Assembly (NCBI RefSeq): GCF_001447785.1
Contig: NW_015163619.1
Span: 338,514-402,513, forward strand
Direction of reading: 5' to 3'
Source: Gekko japonicus
Lineage: Eukaryota
Length of the DNA: 64,000 nucleotides
In this document: piece by piece, positions 12,229 to 26,015 of the stretch
How the letters are laid out: the number at the start of each line of letters is the position of its first letter
Numbering within the stretch: position 1 is the stretch's first letter
The notes under the pieces: generated by a model
What the model saw: the letters and a program-made list of their open reading frames with translations, nothing else
Databases searched by the model: none
Told to the model about the DNA's origin: nothing
Program-made: the position numbers and the translations under genes

Positions 12229-15200
12229 CTTCCAATCTGCGTGGCAATTAGACAATGCAGGTTCCACAACCCTGGGAATAATCTTTTCTGAGCTCAGAAA
12301 GGACTGTTGGAGGGAGGGGAATGTGGGGAAGATGCACAGTTCTTGCATCTATAGGTTGCAAAATCTAACCCATTAAAGGTTTGAATTTCAATTATTTTGC
12401 AGTGAGTATCAGTTCAGACATTCTCTTCATCTGTATAGTGTAATGTAGTTATAAGCATAGTGTAGTTATAGTGTATTCCTGAAAGCTTATTTGCATTTTT
12501 CTCAACTCTCATCTGATGCTGATACATTACTAATATGTTAATAGTTCCCTGAAGCATTGACCTGTTCCCAAAATATTCATCCGTGACTGTTAATATCCTG
12601 GTTGGCCCTTTTTGTTTCAAAAGCCTAACTCTCTCTGAAAAAAAAGTTTAATTGTGTCTTTATTGGGGATGCATAATTAGAGAATAAATATTCAGTTTTT
12701 TTCAATAGCCTGAAACATTTAGATCTAGAAGTCATGCCTGCTTGGCCCAAGGGAAAATGTTTCAGCATGTAGGGTCATACTCAAGGACAAGTAGAGGCAG
12801 GCACCAGGAGTTCCCCACCTCACATAATAGATAGACCATGCTAGAGACTGAAACAAATATTTGTTTGCAATGGCTGGCAAACAAGCAGGGCTGGAGAGGA
12901 ACAGAACCCAAGATTCGGAGTTTACCACCAAGAACAGAAGCCACACTGAGAAAAAAGCAACTGGACAGACACAATTTCAGAGGAAAACATGGGTAGGTGA
13001 TGGTTCAGCATCCCCTTCCCATCAGCTGTAGCATTATACTCTCTAACATATCAATGGTGAAACCATGACACCTAGTCAGACCCCTAGAATGTACACCCAA
13101 TTATCTCCACTGAAATCAATAGAAAGAAAGTGACTTTGGCACAAGAGTTCAAATCTGGACTGTGGGCTTTTATATATTACTTTATTCCCAACCCTGGAGA
13201 TATTCTTCAGTTTCACAGTCACCCTCAAGTCATCAACTAACAAATAATCTAGGACAAGTGTTCCAGAATTCGAAGTTGCTGGTTAAATTTCAGATGTTCC
13301 CTCATCAGTTTACATCATTTTACTGGTATACATATGCAAATGTAATCCAAGTCACACCATTCTAACATTGCAGGAGATTAATTGATTTGGTCTTTGTGAT
13401 GCTATGAGTCCTGATATATAATTGTCTACATTTAGTTTCATAAATCTCAGACACTGTACATTATTAACTTTTGTTCGGTCTGCAATTCTTCAAAATAACA
13501 GAAAACAGCAGCTTTAAGAGACATCTAATTTACAATGTAGTGTCTATACTTTATTTTCATCCATTGAACTGAAAGACACTACTTCCTTTTAAAATAACCT
13601 CTGCAGTTCCTAATGTTCCTTGTTACCTTTTTTTTTTTTTTTAAGTTACATAAATGTTTGCAGGGCAAACAGTGAAGTTCAGAATCAAAGTTCCACCTGC
13701 AAATTGTAATAAATCTTCAACATTGTCTTGAAAAACCACTGCTATGGAATATATCTAACACCAAATCAGAGAGCTCCATACTTTTGCCATAAATATTTGC
13801 TCCACAGCTGACAGTTTTCATAGGCTTCAATGAAAGAGGCTGGTTGCAGCCGAAGAAGTGGTGGGAGATGGCTATGGAACTCTTTTAAATAACTTGAGAT
13901 CAAATAATAGTAATAGAACATGGTGTCTTTTCTCACCATCCAATCAACAGGCTACTTGTTCATTGGAGAGCAATACATGGTTGTTCTATGTTTGCATCAT
14001 GTTCTTGAAGACACTAAAATGATCTTTTCAGCAAGACTGATCTTTCCTTACTTTAAAGATATCTCTTCGCTCAGTTACAAAAGGAAGATAGCTCTCCTGT
14101 AGTTGATCTGCTACACAAAGAAATTTCTACTTTTTCTGAATCCTTGTGCTTTTAAAAACTGCTATCTGCATAACAAAGGTATTGATCAGGCTTTATATAC
14201 CTAGTCTCCACTGCTTTGTACCTTGTGAAGATTATACCAGAACAACAAGAGCATAAAATATTTCTACTCTAGTTTGCAGATTAGCTCAAAGTAAAGATAT
14301 AATGAAAATGCCACTGGAAGTAACTTTTACAGAGTGAGCATGATTTGGTGTCATACATATGAACTATTTTCAGAATTGTTGCTTATGTTTCCTATGCAAA
14401 TGAAGGCAGATTTAGACATTTAATTAAATATACAGTTAATTGACTAATGATTTCTTTTATCAGATGACATCCTTAAAAACAGTAAACAGACAAAGCTAAT
14501 TGATTCCAGTGAACCAAAGCCTATGTACATTCAAGCATGGAGAAATATTGGCTATTTATATATTATGCCTTTAATACACCAATTTTCATTTAAAGACTTT
14601 ATACATGAAGTTATAACAATATCAAACTCAGGTTGACATGCCCAAGGTAATCCAAGGACCTCCATGGCTGACCAGAGAGCAGAATCCCAAAGGAAACTAT
14701 TCTGTGCACTACACCATGCCCAAACACATTTATGGGTCCACCTGGTGGTGTTGGATAAAGTAGAATTTATCAGATTCAAAACTTCCATCTAAAAAATTGA
14801 CAAAGTAACATACAACAAATAATTATCCCTATTTAAAATCACATGGACCTGGTAAAGAGTAATGAAACAATTGCAGCAATAACCAGGTTGCTCTGCCTAT
14901 AGTCAGCGCCACATTCTCCTAGAAGTTAGCAAGCAACATTTCTTTGCTTCCATGACAAGCAAAGTATAATTACTAATCCACCTCCGTTATAAAACTACAA
15001 TTTCTCCAGGCCCACTGTCTCTTAATGCTTTGACTTACAGGATATCAACCACTCAACAGAGTGACTACCTCATCCAGAACCACCAGAAATTTGCTGTTAC
15101 CACCACTAATAGTTCTGACTTGATTGGCACCACCCATAATTGAGGTGCAATCTCTTGAGTGCAGCAAGCTCAGTTCATCAGTCCCCAACTGTGTGATAGG

Positions 15201-16913
15201 CTATTGCTTCAACCCACTCTATTTTTTTTCTGTCAGCAGAGAAAAGAATGGAGGCATATAGGCAATGGAAGTGCCACACAAAGTGCAGTGTTGCATCTAT
15301 GGTTAAATGTTTGGTTGTGAAGTCTTTCACACAAGTATTGATCTTGCAACCGTAGAGTAAAGTGAATACTACATTGTGCTGCCTATGCCTGCGTGAACAT
15401 GCTATGAAAACCACATTTCCCCCTGCTTTCAATAACAGCCTGATCTCTTATCTTCTTTCTGTGGCTAGCCCAATTGTGTTATGTGGAGATCAATGACACC
15501 AGTTAATTGGTTTTGATACATTTCTAAAATACAACATCTAACTAACTGAGAAGTTTACCTTATTACTCTAATTAATAGGGGGCATACTTTAGAGATTTTT
15601 AAAATAGTCTTTTCAGTTCTTGTCAACCCTAATTACAACATTTCTTAACATCCCTTTCTCAGGAAGGATATGCATGTGTACACACATGAACGCATGGTAT
15701 GAATTACACACCTAAACCATTAACTTAAAATATACAGTGTTGCCCTTCTTCCCTAAGAAGATAGTGAAGGACGAAAATCTGCACAGGGCATTTTAAGATT
15801 CTTTTTTACTAAAGGTAGGCAATATATATACCAGCGACCCTCAAATTATATCAGTCTAAAATGGTCTCCCAGCTTTTTTATAGAACTATGCTAGGTCTGC
15901 TTTCTTCGAGTTTTGCTACCCTGGAGAGAACACAATCGAACATTTTAAGAGCAATATTTTGATTCCCCAGTTGTGTCTCCAGTGCTAGCCTGTGTCTAGA
16001 ATCCCTTCCCCCAGTATTTTTGGGGTGGGGATTTTCAACAGGAAAATAGTGGGGCTAGCCCTTTTCCTTCACATCAGCATTTTCTTTTAAGTTGCATTCC
16101 CAACAGCTACATTCTGCAATTCTCCTCCCCACATCAGAAAATAATCACAGAACTTACACATAACATATAGTTCCACACATCAAGTCCAGCACTCTTTCTA
16201 CTATGCCACGCCAGCCTAAAGGGTTTGCCAACACATAGCAATCCAAAGCTAAGAATGTGCCATTCATCATCACAAGGACAAGTGGGATGTTAAGTATTCA
16301 TCCCCGGTCATCCCTGGTGTGTTAACTGTATCCTTTATTTCACAGTTTACACAGCTCCACTGCAACCCCCTACTGGGATCACTGCGAACAAAACTCAAAC
16401 ACGAACAAGCTGGCTTGTTTCATGCCCTTCAGTTTTCATTCTTTTTGTTGGCCAACATGCCTGTTACATAAATAATCATGGGTTAAGAACAGAGCTAAAT
16501 TCTGCTCCTCTGTTTGACATACTGAACTTGCTGCAAAATAGCCTCAGATCAGCTTTCCTAGAGGAGCCTGTAAACAGCACAGAAACCAGATGTGAGTCAG
16601 GAGAGACAACCTTGGATAAATAAGAGAGACATAATTTAAGGCATATTTTTCAGGGCAAATAATTCATACCCTCTTTGTTCCTTACACCTGCGTGCAAACT
16701 TGGATGGCGACAATACTAACCCGCCCTTCTCTAAGAGTAACTGGTAGCCTATTCTTAGGAGTACTGTATAATCAAGAGACGCTACTGAATTTCTCAGCCT
16801 CTTGGTTTCAGCTCAAAACTTGATTCATCTTTGCTGCTTTCTTGTGAAGATCAATTTTCCCTGTCATATTGTATCTCTGCGTGCCCTTTAAAACCTACAC
16901 ATTTTAACCCCCC

Positions 16914-17266
16914 TGAAAAGTACTCAGAACGTGGAGTGATTCAGCAAGCGTGATTCAGCAAGAGTACTTTATTAGATCAGGGATAAGACAAAGAAACCAG
17001 CTCGCAGGCCGGTTTATATGCGTTCAGAAAACCCGCCACCAAGCACACCTAAACACACCCCCTACTCCCGATAGGCTATTTACAGTAACCGGGCGACCAT
17101 TGGTCTCCCGGCTGGGAAGCTGGCCCTTTGATTGGGCCGGCTAGGATCCTACGGATCCTTTGTCTTTCGACTGAAGCTACTGAGGAATATTGCCTGGCCA
17201 GCCCGGGCAAGTCCGGGCATGTCAGGCTGAATGCACTACACGTGGTAATGGCGACAGTACATTACA
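16914..17266 (-). mobile_element. Solo LTR (353 bp)
   Basis: TG...CA ends, C-run on both flanks compatible with a 5-bp TSD; minus-strand CCAAT boxes, ATATAAA and AATAAA in U3-R-U5 order; CpG-retaining island in AT-rich DNA. Confidence 0.75.
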
Positions 17267-17904
17267 CCCCCATTAATTACATATAAATAGGGTAAATTCA
17301 TTATATTAATGACACTTTATTTCCAAGTAATACTTCCAGAACTGGGGGAAATGGGAGCTAAAAATGGGTCACCAGTATCTTTGTGAACACTGATCACAAT
17401 GGTACTTGCTTGCTCTTAAAAAGAGAACATTGTCCAGGGCTTTTGATGGATTTAGGCATATGTGTTCTACTGGAGTGATCAATTTTTATTTGGTTCCATT
17501 TGCAAGCTGTCTGGTGCTACTATCATAAGAATCAATCTTACCTTTACTAAGTCAATATGTGGGAAACAGTTGTTTGGCACCAGCAGAAGGAAGACCAAAG
17601 AGTCCATATAGTTCACTAATGCTTCAGTCTGCTAAATGAAATGTTTTGAGTCACAGACTTTATTAGATTGAAGCTCCCTAACCTTAGCCAAGACAGAACA
17701 ACAGGATTTCATTAATGTCATTCCAGTCCTAGAGAAAGCTATATCAAAAAGGAAAAGGGGAGGGAATGATAACACGCATGGAGAAATGGGCAAGGAGAAG
17801 CAAATGCCTACAAAAGTGTGTTGGTTCCTTGCACAAAGCTCATCATGTGAACATGATTGGGACTGGGTGATTTTTACCCAATGGGGACACAGAGGGCAGG
17901 AAAA

Positions 17905-18140
17905 CATATATATATATATATTTATTTATTTATGATAATGCTATGATGCTCTTCAGAGTCCTGCCCAATTAAAACAATGTCACAATATTAACACATCAAT
18001 AAAAACACACTATTGGACAGCTTAAAAACTATACATAAAACAGAGGCAGCTGGTCAAATAAAATCCCTAATTAAAAGTCTAGGTAAAAAGATGTGTTTTA
18101 GTCTTGTAGAGAAGCTCCTGGCCCTGGTTGAGGACATCGT
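17905..18140 (-). mobile_element. L2 LINE 3' fragment
   Basis: (TA)n/(TTTA)n tail and CCTGGCCCTGGTTGAGGACA shared with the L2 piece near 26411. Confidence 0.55.
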
Positions 18141-18516
18141 CTGGAAATGGCACTGGAGACTCTGTAACAATGAACATTAATGAAGATTTTATGTTGTAGG
18201 CAGGGATGGTATGAGGTAGTCAGGAACTGGAAAGGCTGAGGTAAATGTTGTTGGTAAAATGGTATATATTTCAGTTGACAGACAAGATGGGGTTGTAGCA
18301 GCTTATTTTCACAAATTCTTGGTTCTTATCAGTGAGAGATGGTTGACTAAGTAATCTGGTTTCAATTTCAATGTTTCTGCATATAGTCTCCTATTAACTG
18401 TTTAGGTTCGATTTGCAATCCAACCTCCTGGTTTGTATAGGTTTGTGGTTGGCTGAACCACAAAATGAACTCCCAAAATGTGGTTAATGTCCATCACTAC
18501 TATTACCAGTCTTATA

Positions 18517-19407
18517 GGCTGTGGTCACACGGCAAGGTAATGGTGATTTGTTCCCACTATAAATTTAATTGGGAATATTTGGGGGGGTTGGGATGATTAC
18601 ACATCCTTCCCCGAACCGCAAGCATTCTGCAAGGGGGCTCTGGGCACCATCTAGATGCAGCCAGCCCCTCTCTCTGCCCCACGCTCACCTGCCAACCCAC
18701 CCAGCACTTCCTTCACTGCCTGCCTGCCTCCCCTCCCCAGCAACTTTCCATGCCACCGGCCCGATGCTGCTGGCAAGCTGGGCATCCTCCCCACTGCCGG
18801 GGGCTCCCTCCCTCCTAATGCTGCAGCTTCGGGGACTCCTGGGGCAGGCTCCACAGCCCTCTCACCTGCCAGCCTGCCCAGCACTTCCTTCCCTGCCCGC
18901 CGGCTTCCTCCTCCAGCAACTTTCCACACCGCCTCCTGCTGTCGGATACTGCTGGCAAGCTGGGCAAGCTCCCCGGTGCTGGGGGCTCCCTCCCTCCCTC
19001 CTAACGCTGCATCGGGGACTCCCGGGGTGGGCAGGACCACGAGCTCTGTGCTGGATGTGCACTTGAACATTTAAATATAGAATTTATTCAGCACAGGATT
19101 GCTCATGTGCTCAAAGGTAGAAGCTGGGGCAGGGGGAAACCTCATTGTGCAAAGAACAGTCAGAGGACCCTAATCGCAATCATTACAAGAGATGGCTGTC
19201 TAGATCGGTGAAATCGCGGATTCAAACTTCAAGTACCCAGAAAGTACTTGATTTTCCCAGTGCAGGAAAACGCAGTAGAGAACCGGGAGGTTTGTGCGAG
19301 TGAGCCCGCTTTGGAGCGGGAGGCGGATTGGCCTGTCTGATCAGCAAATTTAAATGCGAGAGGGAACAGCAGTGAAACCCGATCAAAACAACAGTGTGAC
19401 CGCAGCC
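18517..19407. mobile_element. PIF/Harbinger-like MITE with internal ~175-bp duplication
   Basis: TIRs GGCTGTGGTCACAC / GTGTGACCGCAGCC; 3-bp TSD ATA (18514-16, 19408-10). Confidence 0.8.
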
Positions 19408-20159
19408 ATACTCAAGGAACCCTGGTCTTCAGCTAGGCTTCCAAGGTATCACTGGGTTTCTAGGAATACAGTTTGAAAATTGCTGGTTTAGGTAGAGCAC
19501 AAAATCTAATTATGTCCTAACGATATATGTAGCAACAGACAACCCTGGTAATTTCATAAGGTTTGATCACAACCTGATTCATTCAAGAAATAAGATTAAC
19601 ATTTTCTTTGCTTTTTAATAGCATCATCCTGTGCAGAGTCATTCCAGTCTAAATCCATTTAAGTCAGTGACACAGAATGCAGTAACTCTGCACAGAAGAA
19701 TACTTTAAAAGTCTATGAATAATGTTTTTGTGATGAAAACAAGAAATCAGTGAGCTGGAGCAGGCCTTTAGTTTTTCTGAATCACTCTGCAGTAGGGGGC
19801 ATGCTTGTCATGTTGTAAACACAATCATGGGAGTATTACATAGCAACTACAACAAGATAAAGTAAGGAGTCCATCCAGTAGGGCAGAAAGCAATTTCAAA
19901 TTTCATCATCTCTCTTGTACTATAAAGATGATTATTTTAAGGTCCAAAGGACTGTTTACCCACTTTCTAGTTTTAGGTGCAATAAAACATTCATAATATG
20001 TTAGCACTGATTTGACGTGTGGTAAAATCAATAGGAATGCCATGCCTGCTAGCTGTTACAATTGTCCAGAGTATAGTTGGAACTTGGAAGCATAAAATAG
20101 AACAACTCTTCTGAAGCTAAACAAGGCTAGATCGGGCCACTGCCCTCTTTTTTCCTTCC

Positions 20160-20302
20160 ATGCCTCCAGTAACTGTGTCAGGCTGAGAAATAATGACTAG
20201 CCCAAGGTTCAAGGCTGAATAGAACTTCAGCTTCAAGGCTGAATAGAAATTTGAACCTGGGTCAACCTGGCCTCAACACTCAGATCATTATACCACAATG
20301 GG
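20160..20302 (-). mobile_element. Squam3-like SINE 5' fragment
   Basis: GGCTGAGA..TGACTAGCCCAAGG..ATTTGAACCTGGG..TATACCACA; contains a short duplication of TTCAAGGCTGAATAGAA. Confidence 0.6.
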
Positions 20303-20475
20303 TCTAGTGCCATCGGGGAAACCTTCAAGGAATTCCACATAACCATCTTTAATTCCATGGTAGGGAGGTGTGGAATATAATGATATTAAATAAATAAATA
20401 AAATATAAGCATGCCATATTTAGATTTAGTGATTAGGCACCATATATACAAAACTGCACTAGCCCTCAGTATCAT

Positions 20476-20959
20476 TAGGGTTACCAGACCCCCAGTCCAG
20501 GTGGGGTTTTCCCTGATTTTTGGGGCTTCAGCCCACCACCAGCCAGTTGGCCAGTGGGGGAAGCCCCGCCCCCAAGCCTGACCACCCACAGCCACCCCTT
20601 TCCCTTCTCTCCTGATCCCTCTCCTCCAGCTGATCAGGATCCCTTTAAATGCTTCTGGCCAGTGGGGACCGGGCCTGCTGTGCCTGAATTCCAAGCAGCA
20701 TTGCCACTTGGAGTTCAGGTCCGTGGCCCATGGCCACCCCTCTCCCTCCCCTCCTGCAAGATTTAAAGGGCCCTCCACCTGATCAGCAGGCCCTTTAAAT
20801 CTCACAGGAGGGGAGGGAGAGGGGTTGCCACAGGTGATCGTTCTTGGGGGATTGGGGGTAGCCCCAAAGTGATGTCATTGCATTGGGGATGCCCCACCCC
20901 CTCTAGGACACCCCCCCCAAAGTCCCCCACTGGGGACGAAGATGGACCTTGCAGCCCTA
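20476..20959. mobile_element. hAT MITE, TAGGGTTGCCA family
   Basis: Ends TAGGGTTACCAG / TTGCAGCCCTA; degenerate 8-bp TSD AGTATCAT/AGTATTAC (6/8). Confidence 0.75.
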
Positions 20960-22253
20960 AGTATTACAGATACTGTAAACTGTGCCATTTTCTATTTGTA
21001 ACACACCAAGGCTATTATTTCTTTCATTGTGGCTTAAAGTCTTACTGGCACTCAGAAAAGAGGAGAGGTGCTTGTTACTCTTTCCACTACAGAATCCTAT
21101 GTCATACCTCATACTGCGGAAAAATTTATGCAGAGGGAACAATGATGCGATAAGGGATCCATAGCTTGAATGTGATAGTCTGAAGATGGAGAAAAACAAT
21201 GCATAGATGATGGTAGCGTGAAGACTAACTAGCGCATAGATCCTGGTGTGAGCTTACATTGGTGACTGCCCACTTCATGACGTGAATAACCCTGAATGCA
21301 GTCTTGTGACATCCGAATATAAAAACATTTTGACTTGTGACTCCACCAGATTAGTTCTGCAGACTGAAGGACTTCCATTTGTGGAATGCAACTCTCTCAT
21401 CTCCTACTCCCACAGCAACCCAGTATGTCTTCTGAGATGCTGCCCCTGAAGGGCAGCATTTTGGACTATGGGTGGGTGGAGAGAAAGTCATGCTCCACAA
21501 ATGGACCTCCTTCCTTTAGAAACACTCTGATGGATCCAACTTATTCATCCTTATTAACCACTGTCACCGCTTATCAATTTTGATAAAACACATAAAATAG
21601 CTAAATACAAAGAACCACAGCACAGTCCAATTTCCAAACCATTCATTTAGCAGAAAGGTCAAATTTAATCCAACACTATATTTTGATTACACATTATTTC
21701 AGTGAGTTATTTGGTCCTATCTATTAAAATATTTGATAACTGGATGTCAGCACCCTATATAATAGCTCATATAATTAAAAACTAGAAACTCCTTATTTTA
21801 GATAACTTTGCCTCAAAGTAGTCATAATGACCTTGCTAATTGCTAATCCACATGTTTTTAAAACACTTTCAGCTATGCTCTTAGTACCAGAAGAAGGACA
21901 GAACAAAGGCCATTGGAATTTGAGATGCATCTTGTGTTTTATAATGAGCTCTGCAGGCTTTAATCAATTTTATTAGCAGATTATTCAACTAGAGCTTTGG
22001 TTTATTAATAGGGGCAGCAAATTTTAATCAGTTGGATTGAGGGTTAAGGACACACTTGTTTACTTTTTGAGGTTATTTGCTTTGGTTGCATCATTATAGG
22101 AAATTTTTGAAGTACTTAACATGTCTTTTCCTGCTAAAAAAAAGTACTTCTTACCTTGGGCAATTATATCAATAGCATCATTAACTTATTTATTTATTTA
22201 TTTAATTCAATTTACCAGGCCACCCTTCCCTGGTATAGGGCTTAGGGCGTTTT

Positions 22254-22903
22254 TTGTTGTTGTTCAGTCGCACAGTCGAGTCCAACTCTTCGCGACCCCA
22301 TTGACCAGCTCCCACCAGGCCCTCCTGTCTTCCGCCATCCTCTGAAGTTTGTTCAATTTCATGTTCGTTGCATCGATGAAACTGTCAAACCATCCCATCC
22401 TTTGCCATCCCTGTCTTCTTTGACCTTCAATCTTTCCCAGCTTCAGGGTCTTCTCCAGTGAGTGCTCCCTTCTCATTTGGTGGTCAAAGTATTTGAGCTT
22501 CAGTTTCATTATCTGGCTTTCCAGGGAACAGTCAGGGTTGATTTCTTTTAGGATTCACGGATTTGATCTTCTTGCAGTCCAAGGGACTCTCAAGAGTCTT
22601 CTCCAGCACCATAGTTCAAAAGAATCTATTCTTCGGCACTCGGCCTTCCTTATAGTCCAACTCTCGCAGCCATACATGACTACTGCGAATACCATTGCTT
22701 TGACCATGTGGACTTTTGTTGGCAGGGTGATGTCTCTACTTTTTATCATGCTGTTTAGGTTCGCCATCGCTTTCCTCCCAAGGAGCAGGCGTCCTTTAAT
22801 TTCATGGCTGCTGTCACAGTCTGTGGTGATCTGGGATCCCAGGAGCGTGAAGTCTGTCACTACTTCCACGACTTCCCCTTCTATTTGCCAAGGAGTGATG
22901 GGG
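22254..22903 (-). mobile_element. BovB/RTE LINE, 5'-truncated copy
   Basis: Near-identical to the 3' 650 bp of the full element (48750-49391); (CAA)n tail; peptide MYGCESWTIRKAE..FELWCWRRLLRVPW. Confidence 0.95.
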
Positions 22904-23058
22904 ACAACAGAATAAATATATGCTTTTTTATACAACAGAATAAATATACAATCTTACTTTAAAACTAGATTAAAATAACCCAATAAATACCAGTACATAA
23001 AACAACATTTTTGTAACTACAGAAAACAGCCTATATAAGATGGCAGAAGAATTCCAAC

Positions 23059-24060
23059 CAGGCCCGTAGCTAACCAGGGGCCCATGGGGCCCGGCCCCCT
23101 TGTGGTTTAAATGGGCCCCCTTCCCAATCCTCGGCTCCCCCTCCCTCCCCCAGCCCCTCCTCATCAGGGAGGGGGGAAGGAGCCCGGCCCCGTGCAGAGA
23201 GAGGCCTCGATCTGGCGCGCCTGGTAAGGATCGCCGGCGCAGGCCCTCTGGGCTGGACGCCCTTTCCCGGGGCGGGAGCTCTGCGGGGCAGCGGGGCTGG
23301 GACCGGGTCCGGCCATCCCAGGAAGGGATGGGCTTCTTGCTTCTCACCCCCCCAGCTCGTCTTCCCCGCGACGCGGCAGGACCCCCCCCTCTTCTCTTCC
23401 AAAGGTCGAGCGACGTCCGGGCGCTTCCCTCGAGGAAGGAGCTCCTGCCTGCTCTCTCCGGGAGAGCCAGAAATGCGAGGGGGAATTATCAAACCCTGTC
23501 TTCCCAGAGCAGCAGAGTCCGCGCACTTAACCGCGGCGCCCGACTGGCTCTCTTCCCCCTTCCCCTGTTGCAGCCACGAAGGGGTTAAGACCATCGAGCG
23601 GGGGGGGGTCGCGGAAGGGCTGCAGAGGAGAAGCCGCTGGGAGGGAAAGGGAAGGGCCGGGCAGCAGCCGCAGCCAGAGATGGGGGTGGGGAAGGGCCCT
23701 TACTGGTGAGTCGCCCGCAGGGGGGGTACCGAGCTCGGAAGTTTGGTGGGTGGGGGGCGGCGCGGGGGTCATGCGTGGCCACGGTTGCCACCTCGCGGGC
23801 GGAGAATTCCTGCACATTTGGGCGGGGGGTGTCTGTGCATCCCGGGAAAGGCCCACTTTGAGGATGGGGAACCTCACATGGGAGCCCTGCCAGAGAGAGA
23901 GAGAGAGCCCTTCCTCCAATGCCCCCCTAGAGGGTGAGAATGAGGACTCTGCTAGGCGCCAGGTTTGCCTTGCGCTGCTCTGGAAGCGGAATTGGGGGGA
24001 GGCTCCCCAAATTTGCAGGGTTTTCCCAACCGGGAGTCTGTGGCAGCGGTCCCTCTCAGC
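23059..24060. promoter_or_regulatory. CpG-island-like segment inside the hAT element
   Basis: Very GC-rich with many CpGs (GCGCGC, CCGCGG, CGCG), GC boxes (GGGGCGGG), donor-like CTG|GTAAGG (23224) and CTG|GTGAGT (23706). Function not shown. Confidence 0.45.
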
Positions 24061-25829
24061 TGAGTCCCCTGAATGTGTGGGTGTATGATTTATGGTGGTC
24101 AGCTTAGAGGGAACACTGATATCAAGTATATACACTGTACAGACGACTCCCCCCACAAATTGACCGAACATGTGAGGAGGGACAGCGTGTTACCTCCAGC
24201 CTCTTCACACTGTTGGTTTCTGAGTATGGCACTTACATGTGGAAGAACTGTCCATGTTGACACCCCCTTCCGCAGGATCAGCAATGGTCAAAAAGCAGTG
24301 CTGCTGATCATGGGAAGCGAGTGCACGCCCAGATGCTTCCTCTGGGTGTTTGTGCACTGGCGTGGCCAATGTGTTCACAGCTGCTTTCTCTCTCCAGGCA
24401 TTCAGTTAATATGCAAGATGGCTGGCTGTCAGTGTTCCCTCTAAGCTGAGTTAGTGTGANNNNNNNNNNNNNNNNNNNNNNNNNNNNNNNNNNNNNNNNN
24501 NNNNNNNNNNNNNNNNNNNNNNNNNNNNNNNNNNNNNNNNNNNNNNNNNNNNNNNNNNNNNNNNNNNNNNNNNNNNNNNNNNNNNNNNNNNNNNNNNNNN
24601 NNNNNNNNNNNNNNNNNNNNNNNNNNNNNNNNNNNNNNNNNNNNNNNNNNNNNNNNNNNNNNNNNNNNNNNNNNNNNNNNNNNNNNNNNNNNNNNNNNNN
24701 NNNNNNNNNNNNNNNNNNNNNNNNNNNNNNNNNNNNNNNNNNNNNNNNNNNNNNNNNNNNNNNNNNNNNNNNNNNNNNNNNNNNNNNNNNNNNNNNNNNN
24801 NNNNNNNNNNNNNNNNNNNNNNNNNNNNNNNNNNNNNNNNNNNNNNNNNNNNNNNNNNNNNNNNNNNNNNNNNNNNNNNNNNNNNNNNNNNNNNNNNNNN
24901 NNNNNNNNNNNNNNNNNNNNNNNNNNNNNNNNNNNNNNNNNNNNNNNNNNNNNNNNNNNNNNNNNNNNNNNNNNNNNNNNNNNNNNNNNNNNNNNNNNNN
25001 NNNNNNNNNNNNNNNNNNNNNNNNNNNNNNNNNNNNNNNNNNNNNNNNNNNNNNNNNNNNNNNNNNNNNNNNNNNNNNNNNNNNNNNNNNNNNNNNNNNN
25101 NNNNNNNNNNNNNNNNNNNNNNNNNNNNNNNNNNNNNNNNNNNNNNNNNNNNNNNNNNNNNNNNNNNNNNNNNNNNGTGTGGAACAGAGGCCTTATTGGC
25201 TTCCAGTGGTGGGAGATGTGGCCTAAAGTCTGAATCAAGAGACATGTGCAAGGGGCGCGTGGGGGCATTGTGTGGTATTCATTGGATCTGAGACTTCTAC
25301 ATTTCACGTTGGTTTTTTTTGTTTTCCAAAGTGCTCAGTTTTAATAAGCTCTTCAGGTGAATATCTTAGGTCATCATAGTCAATAATTTAAAGAACTCTG
25401 AGGATACAAAGAAACTCATGCTGTTTCTGCGTTCCCCAAAATGGAATGGAACAGAATATCAACAGTCCATCACAATTACAGGCAAATTCAGCAACAGAGC
25501 CTTTGAAAAAGAATCCCAAATCACAGCTTTCAATTGAAGTCCAATTTCCAAAGCCCCCTGCATTCCCACTCCTCAAAGCCTCTTGAGTGCTTCCCTAACC
25601 TTTACTCCCAGGAGCTGTGGCTTTAGCTTGGCCTTCTGCTGGGGCTGCAAAAATCCAACCTGACATTCTCCAATTGCTTGCAGGTAACTCTGCCCTGTCT
25701 GGCTATTATTGTAATAATAAATAATAAACTTGAAACATATGTGCAATAAACCACTTGTATTTATTATTTAGTTATTATTTAGAAGTATGAGCATGGCATG
25801 GCAGTACCACACAAACATATAGTGGTGGG

Positions 25830-26015
25830 CAGTGTTTCCTCTAAGCTAAGTTAATGTGAGCTAGCTCACAGTTTTTTAACCTCCAGCTCGCAGATTTTTG
25901 TCTTAGCTCAGGAAGGATTGCTCCAGAGCAAACTAATTTATGCGGCAGCCAAATTGCTCTCTCACAACTTTAATGGCAGTAGCTCACCAAACTCCACAGC
26001 TTAGAGGGAACATTG
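25830..26015. mobile_element. hAT MITE, CAGTGTTCCCTCTAAG family (nested)
   Basis: TIRs CAGTGTTTCCTCTAAGCT / AGCTTAGAGGGAACATTG; perfect TSD GTGGTGGG (25822-29, 26016-23). Further ends of this family at 24100-24118 and 24430-24459. Confidence 0.9.

Noticed and set aside
22970-24171. Many overlapping Pro/Gly/Arg-rich ORFs (also 306-868, 18569-19074, 38302-38775, 55034-55634)
   Set aside because: Stop-codon scarcity in GC-rich, mostly MITE-derived DNA; no domain or splice structure.
25370-25537. Protein-like frame VIIVNNLKNSEDTKK... in the hAT cargo
   Set aside because: All three frames are similarly open and none is recognisable; kept only as part of the cargo finding.
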